A stretch of 64,000 nt of DNA from Verrucomicrobiota bacterium. Its GTDB lineage: Bacteria; Verrucomicrobiota; Verrucomicrobiia; Limisphaerales; Palsa-1400. The DNA is taken from the NCBI GenBank assembly GCA_049510745.1, contig JBEKYR010000003.1:1-64000 (forward strand), written 5' to 3'. Below, piece after piece: positions 8,957 to 17,152 of the stretch. Under the pieces are notes generated by a model. That model did not search any database and was not told where the DNA came from. It saw only the letters and a program-made list of their open reading frames with translations. How positions within the stretch are numbered: position 1 is the stretch's first letter; each line of letters opens with the position of its first letter. The position numbers and the translations under genes are program-made.

Positions 8957-9988
8957 TCATTTCGGGGGTTCGTTTGGGCCGGCCTGGGCGCCGAGTTCCC
9001 GGTCCAGTTGGGCGCTCCAAGCGGCGGGCCAGGGATGGAGCAGGATGGAGCGCAGGATCAGGGAATAGACCTCCGGGCGGGTGATCTTCACGCGGCGGGT
9101 CGCGTCGAGGATGTTTTCCCGGCGCAGTTTCCGCAGCGTTCGCGCCCCAATCAACAGCGGCCAGGCGCAAGCCAGGCGCAGCCGGAACTGTCCCCTGGGA
9201 AGCCGTCCGGTGTATTCCCAGCCGGCGGCCAGATGGCCCGCGGCCCGCGCCAGGAAGGGATCGAAGACCGGGCGAAAGCGGGATTCGTTTTCCGCGGAGA
9301 GCAGATCGGCGGGAGTCAAATGCGCCGCGGCCAGGGCTGTGCGCGGAAGGTAGCAACGGCCCTGGCGCAAATCCCGGGGGAGATCGCGCAAGATGTTGAT
9401 CAACTGGAGGCCCTTGCCAAACCGGATGCCCTGGCACAAGAGCCAGCCGTCCTCGGCCGCCGCGTCTGTCAACGAGTGGGCGCGGCACATCCTCGTCCAA
9501 AACTCGCCCACGCAGCCGGCCACGCGGTAGGTGTAATCGTCCAGTTCCTCATCCGTTTCCAAGGCGACAATCCGCCCGGGGGTGGCGGCGGCAAATCGTG
9601 TCAAGTCCAATTCCTGGCCGCTGATGATGATGTCCAGCACGTCGCGCACGCGCCGGCGGTCGGCCTCCTCCAGGCCGCGCAACAATCCCAGGCTCTCGTG
9701 GCAGCGTTCCAGCAGGACCCGCTCGGCGGGCGGGGCCGGGCCGCCGCGCAACCGCGAAAAATCGGGCGGCGGGCCGCTCTCCGCGCGGATGGCCGTCCGC
9801 AACGCGGCCAGCGCCTCCAGCCGGGACTCGACCGGCGCCAGTTCCGTGTCGGCGATGGTGTCGGTGGTGCGGGCCAAAAGATAGGCGAGGCCGATCTGGG
9901 GGCGGACGGCGCCCGGCAGCGCCCGCAAAGTCAAGTAGAATGAGCGGGACACCTCGCGCAACAGCGATGTCAACAATGGGTCGGACAC
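8957..9988 (-). CDS. Squalene/phytoene synthase family protein (farnesyl-diphosphate farnesyltransferase-like)
   Basis: Motifs VSRSFYLTL, YLLARTTDTIAD, LDDYTYRVAGCVGEFW and LQLINILRDLPRDLRQGRCYLP. Confidence 0.9.
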   Translation of the reverse strand: MSDPLLTSLLREVSRSFYLTLRALPGAVRPQIGLAYLLARTTDTIADTELAPVESRLEALAALRTAIRAESGPPPDFSRLRGGPAPPAERVLLERCHESLGLLRGLEEADRRRVRDVLDIIISGQELDLTRFAAATPGRIVALETDEELDDYTYRVAGCVGEFWTRMCRAHSLTDAAAEDGWLLCQGIRFGKGLQLINILRDLPRDLRQGRCYLPRTALAAAHLTPADLLSAENESRFRPVFDPFLARAAGHLAAGWEYTGRLPRGQFRLRLACAWPLLIGARTLRKLRRENILDATRRVKITRPEVYSLILRSILLHPWPAAWSAQLDRELGAQAGPNEPPK

Positions 9989-10003
9989 AGGGCGGAAGGC
10001 CGG

Positions 10004-11410
10004 TCAGCCGCCGGCCAGGAGTCTTCGCCAGCGGGCCAACTGGCGGGCGACCTGTTGGGGGCCGGGCGCGCCGACGAGGTTGCGGCGGGCCATGGCCCGG
10101 TCCAGAACGAAGACGGCCGGAACGCCGGGGCCGAAGGCGGGGTCGATCTCCTTCCATTCGCCGGCGGTCAATTGGTTGAGCGGCTTGCCCAGCGCCTCGG
10201 CCGCGGCCACGGCGGCGCCGACCAGGCGGTGGGCCTTGCGGAAAGGCATTCCTTCGCGGACCAGGAAGTCGGCCAGATCGGTGGCCAGCAGGGCCGGGTC
10301 GGCGGCGGCGGCGCGGCAATTTTCAGTATTGACGCTGGTGTTTTCAATCATGGCGGCCGTCAGGCGCGTGGCGGCGCGGACGGTGTCGGCGGAGTCGAAG
10401 AGGCGCTCCTTGTCTTCCTGCAAATCGCGGTTGTAGGTCATGGGCAGGCCCTTGAGCACGGTGAGCAGCGCCATCAAATTGCCAAAGACGCGCCCCGCCT
10501 TGCCGCGGGTCAGTTCGGCCACGTCCGGGTTCTTTTTTTGCGGCATCAGCGAAGAGCCGGTGGTGTAGGCGTCAGCCAGGGTGACAAAGCAAAACTCGGC
10601 CGTGCTCCAGAGAATCCAATCCTCCGCCAAACGGGACAAATGGACGGCGATCAAAGCGGCGGCGGCGCAGAACTCGACCACAAAATCGCGGTCGCTGACG
10701 GCGTCCATCGAATTCTGGGTTAGGCGCGGGCGGCCCTTCTGATCGACGAAGCCGAGCAGGCGGGCGACCATCTCGCGGTCCAGCGGGAGGGTCGAGCCGG
10801 CGATGGCCCCGCTGCCGAGCGGACAGATATTGGCGCGGTGAAAACAATCCACCAGCCGTTCGCCATCGCGCTGGAACATTTCGACGTAAGCCAGCAAATG
10901 ATGCGCCAGGTAAACCGGCTGGGCGCGCTGCAAGTGGGTGTAGCCCGGGATAATGACGTCGGCGTGCCTGCCGCCCAGGGCCACCAGCGCCTTTTGCAGC
11001 GAGCGCAGTTCGCCGTCCAAATCGATGATTTCATCGCGCAGCCACATGCGGACATCGAGGGCGACCTGGTCGTTGCGGGAGCGGGCGGTGTGGAGTTTGG
11101 CGCCGGCGGGGGCGCGGCGGGTCAACTCGGCCTCGATATTCATGTGGACGTCCTCCAATTCCTCCTTCCAGGAAAAGCGGTCTTCGCAGATTTCCTGGGC
11201 GATGGTATTGAGGGCGCTCTCGATTTCGAGCCATTCCGCTTTGGTAAGCACGCCGATTTTTTGCAGCATGGCGGCGTGGGCGAGCGAGCCGAGAATATCC
11301 TGCTCCCACAAGCGCCAATCGAAGGAGACCGATTGGGTGAAGCGGGCGACGTCCGAGCCAGGGCCGCCGGCGAAGCGGCCGCTGCGCGAAACTGGAGAGT
11401 CGTGTTTCAC
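10004..11410 (-). CDS. argH: Argininosuccinate lyase
   Basis: Motifs EDVHMNIE, HTARSRNDQ, GYTHLQRAQP, GSSLMPQKKNPD and YNRDLQEDKE. GTG 11410 chosen as start. Confidence 0.97.
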   Translation of the reverse strand: MKHDSPVSRSGRFAGGPGSDVARFTQSVSFDWRLWEQDILGSLAHAAMLQKIGVLTKAEWLEIESALNTIAQEICEDRFSWKEELEDVHMNIEAELTRRAPAGAKLHTARSRNDQVALDVRMWLRDEIIDLDGELRSLQKALVALGGRHADVIIPGYTHLQRAQPVYLAHHLLAYVEMFQRDGERLVDCFHRANICPLGSGAIAGSTLPLDREMVARLLGFVDQKGRPRLTQNSMDAVSDRDFVVEFCAAAALIAVHLSRLAEDWILWSTAEFCFVTLADAYTTGSSLMPQKKNPDVAELTRGKAGRVFGNLMALLTVLKGLPMTYNRDLQEDKERLFDSADTVRAATRLTAAMIENTSVNTENCRAAAADPALLATDLADFLVREGMPFRKAHRLVGAAVAAAEALGKPLNQLTAGEWKEIDPAFGPGVPAVFVLDRAMARRNLVGAPGPQQVARQLARWRRLLAGG

Positions 11411-11477
11411 CTGACAGTGGACTGTGCGGTGAAAGGGCGCGGAAAACAAGGATGAAGGAGGAAGGCGGACGGCGCGT

Positions 11478-11906
11478 TTAGGATGGCAAATTCCTGCCGG
11501 TCGTGGTCACGGTGAGTTTGCCGTGTTTCACCCCCTTGGCGGCGATGAGTTCGTCGGCGATTTTTTTGATGACGGCCGCTTGTCCGCGCACCACCAGGAC
11601 TTCGAGGCAATTGTGATGATCAAGGTGGACGTGGATTGTGGAAATGACGACCTTGAAGTGGTCGTGCTGGATGTCGGTGAGGGTGGCCTGCAGGTGCGGC
11701 TTGTGATGGTCATAGACCAGCGTGATGGTGCCGGCGATTTGGCCCTGGCTGGTCTTCTGCCGGTGCTCGATCAATTGCGCGCGAATCATGTCGGCGATTG
11801 CTTGCGAGCGATTGGCGTAACTTTTTTCACGGCACATTTGGTCCCACTGCTGCAGCAACGCCGGCGCGAGGGAAACGCTGAAGCGTCTGACGGTTTCCTT
11901 TTTCAT
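11478..11906 (-). CDS. nikR: Nickel-responsive transcriptional regulator
   Basis: Ribbon-helix-helix N-terminus (RFSVSL...YANRSQAIADMIR) and ACT-like domain with Ni ligands (QHDH...IHVHLDHHNCLEV), plus KGVKHGKL. Confidence 0.95.
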   Translation of the reverse strand: MKKETVRRFSVSLAPALLQQWDQMCREKSYANRSQAIADMIRAQLIEHRQKTSQGQIAGTITLVYDHHKPHLQATLTDIQHDHFKVVISTIHVHLDHHNCLEVLVVRGQAAVIKKIADELIAAKGVKHGKLTVTTTGRNLPS

Positions 11907-11918
11907 GCGTCGAGTCCA

Positions 11919-12503
11919 TCAGGATTTTGGCGGAATGATCTCGATTTCAAAAAGCTTTTTCTCAGGCAATTCGCCGCACTCATGCGCAAGGGCTTCCAAT
12001 TCGTCGTCCGGGCGGGAACGGATTTTTTCCAGATATTCGGCGTTGGGCTTGAGAATGAGGACGGGGCCGGTCTTGTCCTTGCGCCGGGCGCTCACGTGAA
12101 TGTCCGCGACGGTCAGGACCTCCGCGAGCCGCAAATCAAGCCGGCCAATGCTGTTGCCCGTGCCCACGGCCAAGCCGTCCGCGATGCACGAATAAGGCGT
12201 TGCCAGCGGCACATGACAGACCACGTCTATTTCGTGCCCGCCCCATTTCGCATTGAGTTCGCGCAGGGCGGCCTTGCCCATGCGCCAGCCGAGGACGTTC
12301 CACGGGCCGACGTGGCCGTGCCCCTGTTTGATCTCGTTCCACCAGTTGGTCGGTTCCTGCGCCTGGTTCCAGAGGTTCGAGGCAGGCCGGGATTGAATGG
12401 CGGATGGGTCGTCGGGATGGGCATGGAGTTTCATGGTCGTCAAAAGGCTGAAGGTTAAGAAGGCGAGGCAAATGGGAATTGGACTTTTCATGGCTGGCAT
12501 CAT
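11919..12503 (-). CDS. FmdE-family (formylmethanofuran dehydrogenase subunit E-like) protein with predicted signal peptide
   Basis: GHGHVGPWNVLGWRMG and SCIADGLAVGTGNSIG FmdE motifs. Hydrophobic leader ending LHA-HPDD. ATGA overlap with the upstream gene stop at 12500-12503. Confidence 0.85.
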   Translation of the reverse strand: MMPAMKSPIPICLAFLTFSLLTTMKLHAHPDDPSAIQSRPASNLWNQAQEPTNWWNEIKQGHGHVGPWNVLGWRMGKAALRELNAKWGGHEIDVVCHVPLATPYSCIADGLAVGTGNSIGRLDLRLAEVLTVADIHVSARRKDKTGPVLILKPNAEYLEKIRSRPDDELEALAHECGELPEKKLFEIEIIPPKS

Positions 12504-13141
12504 GGGCTGCTGAACTGTGCTCCGTTGCGGGCGGCAAACCGCGCGATGACGCCGCCTTCCCCGATGCGGCGATACCAACTGTCGCTGCTCAACGGCGCGT
12601 AGGTGCCCAAGCTTCTGGCGCTGTTCGGCTGCGGACCCAGGCTCCAAATGACCCAGCGCACGGGACTGGTCCTGGCATCGGTGAAATAGGTTCCGCCGCC
12701 GCTCATGTCCGGCGCGTTGGTCGGAACCCACAGGGAATAGTTTCCGGCGGGCGCGCCGTTGAGCAGTTGCGGTCCGGGCGCGGCGTATTTGTAGGTATGG
12801 CCGGGATTGAACAGGTCTTCGAGGTCAGCCTCGAGTCCGCCCTGGCTCCCGTGCGGCAGATAATGTTCATTGGCCAGCTCGACCGGCAGTTCGCACCAAT
12901 GCGAAGCAAGGTCGGTGTTGCAATTGTCGCGCACCGGCGGAAGCCGTCCGCCGTAATCGGTGGAATACATGTCGAACGCCAGGCCGAGGGCGTTCAACTC
13001 GGCGTGGACTCTGGCCACTTTCGCCTTTTCCTTCCCCCAGGCCAGGGCCGGCAGCAACAGGGCAGCAAGAATGCCGATGATGGCGATGGCCGCCAGCAGT
13101 TCAACCAGCGTGAATGCGGCGTTGTTTTTGCGGGGTCGCAT
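12500..13141 (-). CDS. Prepilin-type N-terminal cleavage/methylation domain protein (pseudopilin)
   Basis: Class III signal MRPRKNNAA/FTLVELLAAIAIIGILAALLLPAL, and a GspG-like WVIWSLGP motif near the C-terminus. Confidence 0.92.
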   Translation of the reverse strand: MRPRKNNAAFTLVELLAAIAIIGILAALLLPALAWGKEKAKVARVHAELNALGLAFDMYSTDYGGRLPPVRDNCNTDLASHWCELPVELANEHYLPHGSQGGLEADLEDLFNPGHTYKYAAPGPQLLNGAPAGNYSLWVPTNAPDMSGGGTYFTDARTSPVRWVIWSLGPQPNSARSLGTYAPLSSDSWYRRIGEGGVIARFAARNGAQFSSP

Positions 13142-13171
13142 ATTTGAATGATCCGGAATTCCGGCAACAGA

Positions 13172-14350
13172 TCATTGCACGCGTTGCAACCGGAAAAATC
13201 TCTGTACGCCCGCCGGCTCCAGCACAACTGTGTTCAGCCCGTTGACCAAAACCGGCGCGTTTGTCACCGCCGCCCAGTTCGGGCTGGTCAACGAATCGCT
13301 GCTTTGCACCTGATAATTGGCCAGCGCCGCCGGCCAGGTGATGACCGGCTTGTTCGCCAGATTCAGCACCGCGCTGCTCGACGGGGTGATTTCCTGCGCG
13401 AACAATTCGTAACCGAACGTGCCGTCCGTGCCGGAGCCGGATTCCTGAAGGAAAACCCCGGTGGCGTCGAATTGGTTCGTCGGCGCCGGGCCGATGTCAT
13501 AGAGCGGATGGATCAGCGGGAACTGCCGGCCTTCGCCATCCGTCGCCGTGCAATAACGCGAACTCCAATCCGAATTGGTATTCCAGCCGTCGGTCGTGAC
13601 CAATGTCAGTCCGTTGATGCGCACGCGCATTCCTTGATAATACTCGCCGCCCGTCGCGCGCGTCGGATCGAAAATGTCGTAATGCCCCGTCGCGCTGAGA
13701 TTCGTGCTGATCACCGACGAGAGTGAAATCACTTGCGGCGATGGCAGGCCGAAATTGGACGAGACCAGCGAAATGGTAAAATCGTAGGCCGGGTCGGTGC
13801 TGTGTTCCTCGTTGATGTTTTGCATGCCGCCGTAGAAGAGCGAACCGTTGGCGGTGATCATGACCAGATCGCCCTTTTGAAACGCGTAACCGGTGGCGGG
13901 ATCGTGGCTCACGCGATTGACCTCGGAAGTCCAGGCGCTGTCATCGTAGCTGTCGCTTCCGTCGTGCGGTTCCCACGGAAGGTTGCCGTAATTCTGCGCC
14001 ATCCAGCACTCGACGCCGCCGCGGTCACTGCCGCCGATGACGGCCTGCACAAACACCTGCCACTGGCCGCCCAGTTCAAAGGCGCTCGCGCCATCATCCC
14101 ACGGAATGAAATCCGGCGTCGAGTCGAGCATTTCGTTCGGGTCGGTCAACAGGACGCCGACCAGGGTAATCGGGTAGCTCCCGTTCCACGTGCTCACACC
14201 GTTGGCGTCCACCGCCTCAAGATTGGAAAACGATTCCGCGCGCAGGGTCGCCGCCCACAGGCAAAGGCCCGCCACGAAATAGGCGGCGAGTTTCAAAAGG
14301 AAGCCCGCGGTTCGGGAAAGGTCCGGTTTGGTCAAACAAGGATCCATCAC
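13172..14350 (-). CDS. Secreted acidic protein of unknown function (possible OB-fold repeats) with a C-terminal surface-sorting-like tail
   Basis: Signal peptide ending TLRA, OB-like FQKGDLVMITA and YQGMRVRINGL segments, and tail ITWP...YQVQSSDSL...W...RFFRLQ. Confidence 0.75.
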   Translation of the reverse strand: MMDPCLTKPDLSRTAGFLLKLAAYFVAGLCLWAATLRAESFSNLEAVDANGVSTWNGSYPITLVGVLLTDPNEMLDSTPDFIPWDDGASAFELGGQWQVFVQAVIGGSDRGGVECWMAQNYGNLPWEPHDGSDSYDDSAWTSEVNRVSHDPATGYAFQKGDLVMITANGSLFYGGMQNINEEHSTDPAYDFTISLVSSNFGLPSPQVISLSSVISTNLSATGHYDIFDPTRATGGEYYQGMRVRINGLTLVTTDGWNTNSDWSSRYCTATDGEGRQFPLIHPLYDIGPAPTNQFDATGVFLQESGSGTDGTFGYELFAQEITPSSSAVLNLANKPVITWPAALANYQVQSSDSLTSPNWAAVTNAPVLVNGLNTVVLEPAGVQRFFRLQRVQ

Positions 14351-14365
14351 AAGTTGTTCAATTCG

Positions 14366-14393
14366 GTGTTACGAAATCATACAATCGTGTTTC
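14366..14393. promoter_or_regulatory. Candidate NikR operator overlapping the -10 element of the operon
   Basis: GTGTTAC-N14-GTGTTTC with inner dyad ACGA-N10-TCGT. TCATAC at 14377-14382, and TATGAT on the minus strand at 14376-14381, lie just upstream of the first gene of the nikR cluster. Confidence 0.5.
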
Positions 14394-14540
14394 ATGGCAA
14401 GCTGAAAATTGGTTTTCAACCGTCTTTTTTTGGCCTCCGGGAAAATGGTTTATCCGCGCCTCCAACTCCGCGCCGTGAAAGAATTGACGGGCAGCAATAT
14501 GAAGGTTTTCAATCCAGCCAGCGAAACGGCTGGGTTGCGG

Positions 14541-15731
14541 TCAGGTCAGCCAGTGTGCGGCCGGTTGGGAAAGGAATTCCTCCAAGGCGATGCCTTGCCC
14601 CCCGACCAGCAATTGGCGCCTGGGCTTGAATTGTCTGGCAAAGGCTTCCATGCCGGGAAGCGATTCGCGGCGGCCTCCGCTCTTGACTTCAATCGCAACC
14701 GTCGTCTTGCCCTTCTCCAAAATGAAATCGACTTCCTGGTTGCGTTCACGCCAGTAGGTGAGGCTGATGTTGGCGCCAAAGCTGGAATTGAACAGGTGCG
14801 CGCCGATGCTGGATTCGACCAGCCGCCCCCAATAATCACCGTCGCGTCTGGCTTCCGCGAGCGAGCGGTGATCCTGGGCGCTCATCAAGGCGGTATTGAG
14901 CGCTTGGAGTTTGGGGCTGGACCCGCGCTGACGCGCCCGGCCGCGAGAATACTTGGCCAGCCCGGCCAGCATTCCGGCGCCTTGCAGCAATTCCAGGTAA
15001 TGGGCCAGCGTGGTGGTGTTGCCGGCGTCGGCAAGCTGTCCGATCATTTTCTGATACGAGAGGATTTGCCCGGAATAGGCGCAACCGAGATAAAACACGC
15101 GGCGCAACAGCGCCGGCTTGTCCACGCGGTTTAACGAGAGGATGTCGCGCGAAATGGTGGTTTCAATCAGCGAATCCAGGATGTAACGCCGCCAGCGTTC
15201 CGGCTCTTCGATCAACCCGGCGGCGCCGGGATACGCGCCGTAGAAAATGTATAGCTCCAACGTCCAGCCGAAGGCCTGGCGCATCTCGGTCAATGACCAG
15301 TGCGGCACCGAAATGACTTCAAAACGTCCCGCCAGACTATCCGTCAGGCCGCTCTGGATCAGCAAGGGCGCGCAACCAAGCAAGACCACTTTGAGGGGGA
15401 CGCCGGAATGGGTGTCCGCGTCCCAAAGCAGCTTCACGACATTTGGCCAGTCGGTGATCTTTTGAATCTCGTCCAGGACCAGCAACGCGCCGGATTTTCC
15501 TTCGCCGGCTTTGAGCCGGGCAATGTCCCACTGCTGTTCAAGCCAGGTGCGGTCGCCGCGCAACGCCGGCTCGTCGGCGGAGGCGTAGTGGGCGGGCATC
15601 TGTGACGCCGCCATCACCTGACGGGCCAACGTCGTCTTGCCGGCCTGTCGCGGGCCTGCCAGCACCTGCAAGAAGCGGCGTTTTTCCATGAGCCGTTTCA
15701 ACAATTCGTCGTGGATGGCGCGCCGTATCAT
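14541..15731 (-). CDS. AAA+ ATPase with C-terminal PD-(D/E)XK-like domain (AAA_14 + DUF4143 type)
   Basis: Walker A GPRQAGKTT, Walker B LLVLDEIQ, DSLAGRF, and C-terminal YWRERNQEVDFI...AIEVKSG. Confidence 0.9.
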   Translation of the reverse strand: MIRRAIHDELLKRLMEKRRFLQVLAGPRQAGKTTLARQVMAASQMPAHYASADEPALRGDRTWLEQQWDIARLKAGEGKSGALLVLDEIQKITDWPNVVKLLWDADTHSGVPLKVVLLGCAPLLIQSGLTDSLAGRFEVISVPHWSLTEMRQAFGWTLELYIFYGAYPGAAGLIEEPERWRRYILDSLIETTISRDILSLNRVDKPALLRRVFYLGCAYSGQILSYQKMIGQLADAGNTTTLAHYLELLQGAGMLAGLAKYSRGRARQRGSSPKLQALNTALMSAQDHRSLAEARRDGDYWGRLVESSIGAHLFNSSFGANISLTYWRERNQEVDFILEKGKTTVAIEVKSGGRRESLPGMEAFARQFKPRRQLLVGGQGIALEEFLSQPAAHWLT

Positions 15732-15737
15732 ACAAAT

Positions 15738-15772
15738 TACTCAATATGCTGAGTATTTTTACTCAATACTCA
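15738..15772. promoter_or_regulatory. Array of four TACTCA hexamers (one inverted) immediately upstream of the AAA+ ATPase
   Basis: TACTCA at 15738, 15760 and 15767, and TGAGTA at 15750, forming two overlapping dyads. Confidence 0.5.
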
Positions 15773-16030
15773 TGGAAAAGCAAGCAGCGCTTTCAATGTG
15801 GACTTAATGGACTCGGTGGACGTGCCTGGGCGGACAAACCGGCCTTCATCCTTGTTCCTCTCCCCGCTGAATCAGGCTTTCCCTCATGCGGGATTTCAGG
15901 GGAACCCCGATTGCCGGGAATCAAGATTTGGGCCAAACTGTCTTCGTTGTTTGGGGGGATAATGAGACCCGGTTGGTGATTGGTTGCATCAGCCGGGTTT
16001 CCTCTTTTTTATCCGCGGTCCGGTGATGTA

Positions 16031-16270
16031 TTACTTTTTCCGCGTCCGTCGTGAATTCCCATTTCGCGCCGGCTGAAGGGCTTCGAGGCCGACGATGTGA
16101 AGGGGATCGAGATTCACCACATAGCCGCGTTGGTCCGCAATGACGACCGATCTTTGGACGACGAAGATGAAGTCCGGGTGCGGCACAGGATACTTGTGGC
16201 CGCTGGAAGTGACGACGGCAAAGGGTTTGAAGTTCCCTTCCATCCGCTCGCGAATATGGGCAACGTTCAC
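16031..16270 (-). CDS. Small hypothetical protein (79 aa)
   Basis: FKPFAVVTSSGHKYPVPHPDFI pattern. GTG start 6 nt downstream of TTGACA-17-CATAAT. Confidence 0.7.
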   Translation of the reverse strand: MNVAHIRERMEGNFKPFAVVTSSGHKYPVPHPDFIFVVQRSVVIADQRGYVVNLDPLHIVGLEALQPARNGNSRRTRKK

Positions 16271-16413
16271 AGTCGTATTATGTCGGCGGCGGCGCCTTCT
16301 GTCAACAGAGGGCCGCGTGGCGGATAAGGGCTTGACTCCGGGCGGGAGTTGATGCAGAACGTTCGCCAGACCCAGGCAATATGACTTGTTTAAACACCAG
16401 CAAAAGGACCGAT

Positions 16414-17151
16414 ATGAAATCTCTAATGATGCTCGCCACAACGCTTGCGGCTTCCACCACCCTCCTGGCGGCGGATGCCACCGGCACAAATGACGTGAAA
16501 AGCGCCGTGCAAAAACTCGCGGCGGCGGATAATTACAGTTGGACCACGACGACGGAAAGCTCGCGGTTCAGCCCCGGCCCCAGTCACGGCAAGACCGAGA
16601 AGGGGGGCTACACTTATGTCGATTTCTCGTTTCAGGACAATACCATCGAAACGATCATCAAGGGCGGCAAAGGGGCCATTAAAACCGAGGACGGCTGGCA
16701 ATCGTTGGAGGATGCCGCCAAGGACAACGGAGAGGGCGGTTTCAATCCGCGCATGTTCATGGCCCGCCGCATGCAAAACTACAAAGTCCCGGCTGTCGAA
16801 GCCGAGGATGTTGCCGGCAAGGCCAAAGACCTGGCCAAAGCCGACGACGCCTACGCGGGCGATCTGACCGAGGCGGGCGCCAAGAGTCTGCTGGCCATTG
16901 GCGGACGCCGCGGCGGCGGCCAGGCTCCGGAGATCAGCAACGCCAAAGGATCGGCCAAGTTTTGGATCAAGGACGGCGTTCTGACCAAATACCAATTCAA
17001 GCTGGAGGGCACCATGAAGAACCGCGACGGTGAGGACATGGAGATGGACCGCACGACCACCGTCGAAATCAAAGACGTGGGCACGACCAAAATCACCGTG
17101 CCGGATGAGGCCAAGAGCAAGATGTCCAGCCCGGCAGCCCCTCCGAAATAG
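16414..17151 (+). CDS. Secreted hypothetical protein (beta-rich, possibly LolA/LppX-like)
   Basis: AAGGA RBS, signal peptide MKSLMMLATTLAASTTLLA, and strongly GC3-biased codon usage. Confidence 0.75.
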   Translation: MKSLMMLATTLAASTTLLAADATGTNDVKSAVQKLAAADNYSWTTTTESSRFSPGPSHGKTEKGGYTYVDFSFQDNTIETIIKGGKGAIKTEDGWQSLEDAAKDNGEGGFNPRMFMARRMQNYKVPAVEAEDVAGKAKDLAKADDAYAGDLTEAGAKSLLAIGGRRGGGQAPEISNAKGSAKFWIKDGVLTKYQFKLEGTMKNRDGEDMEMDRTTTVEIKDVGTTKITVPDEAKSKMSSPAAPPK

Positions 17152-17152
17152 C

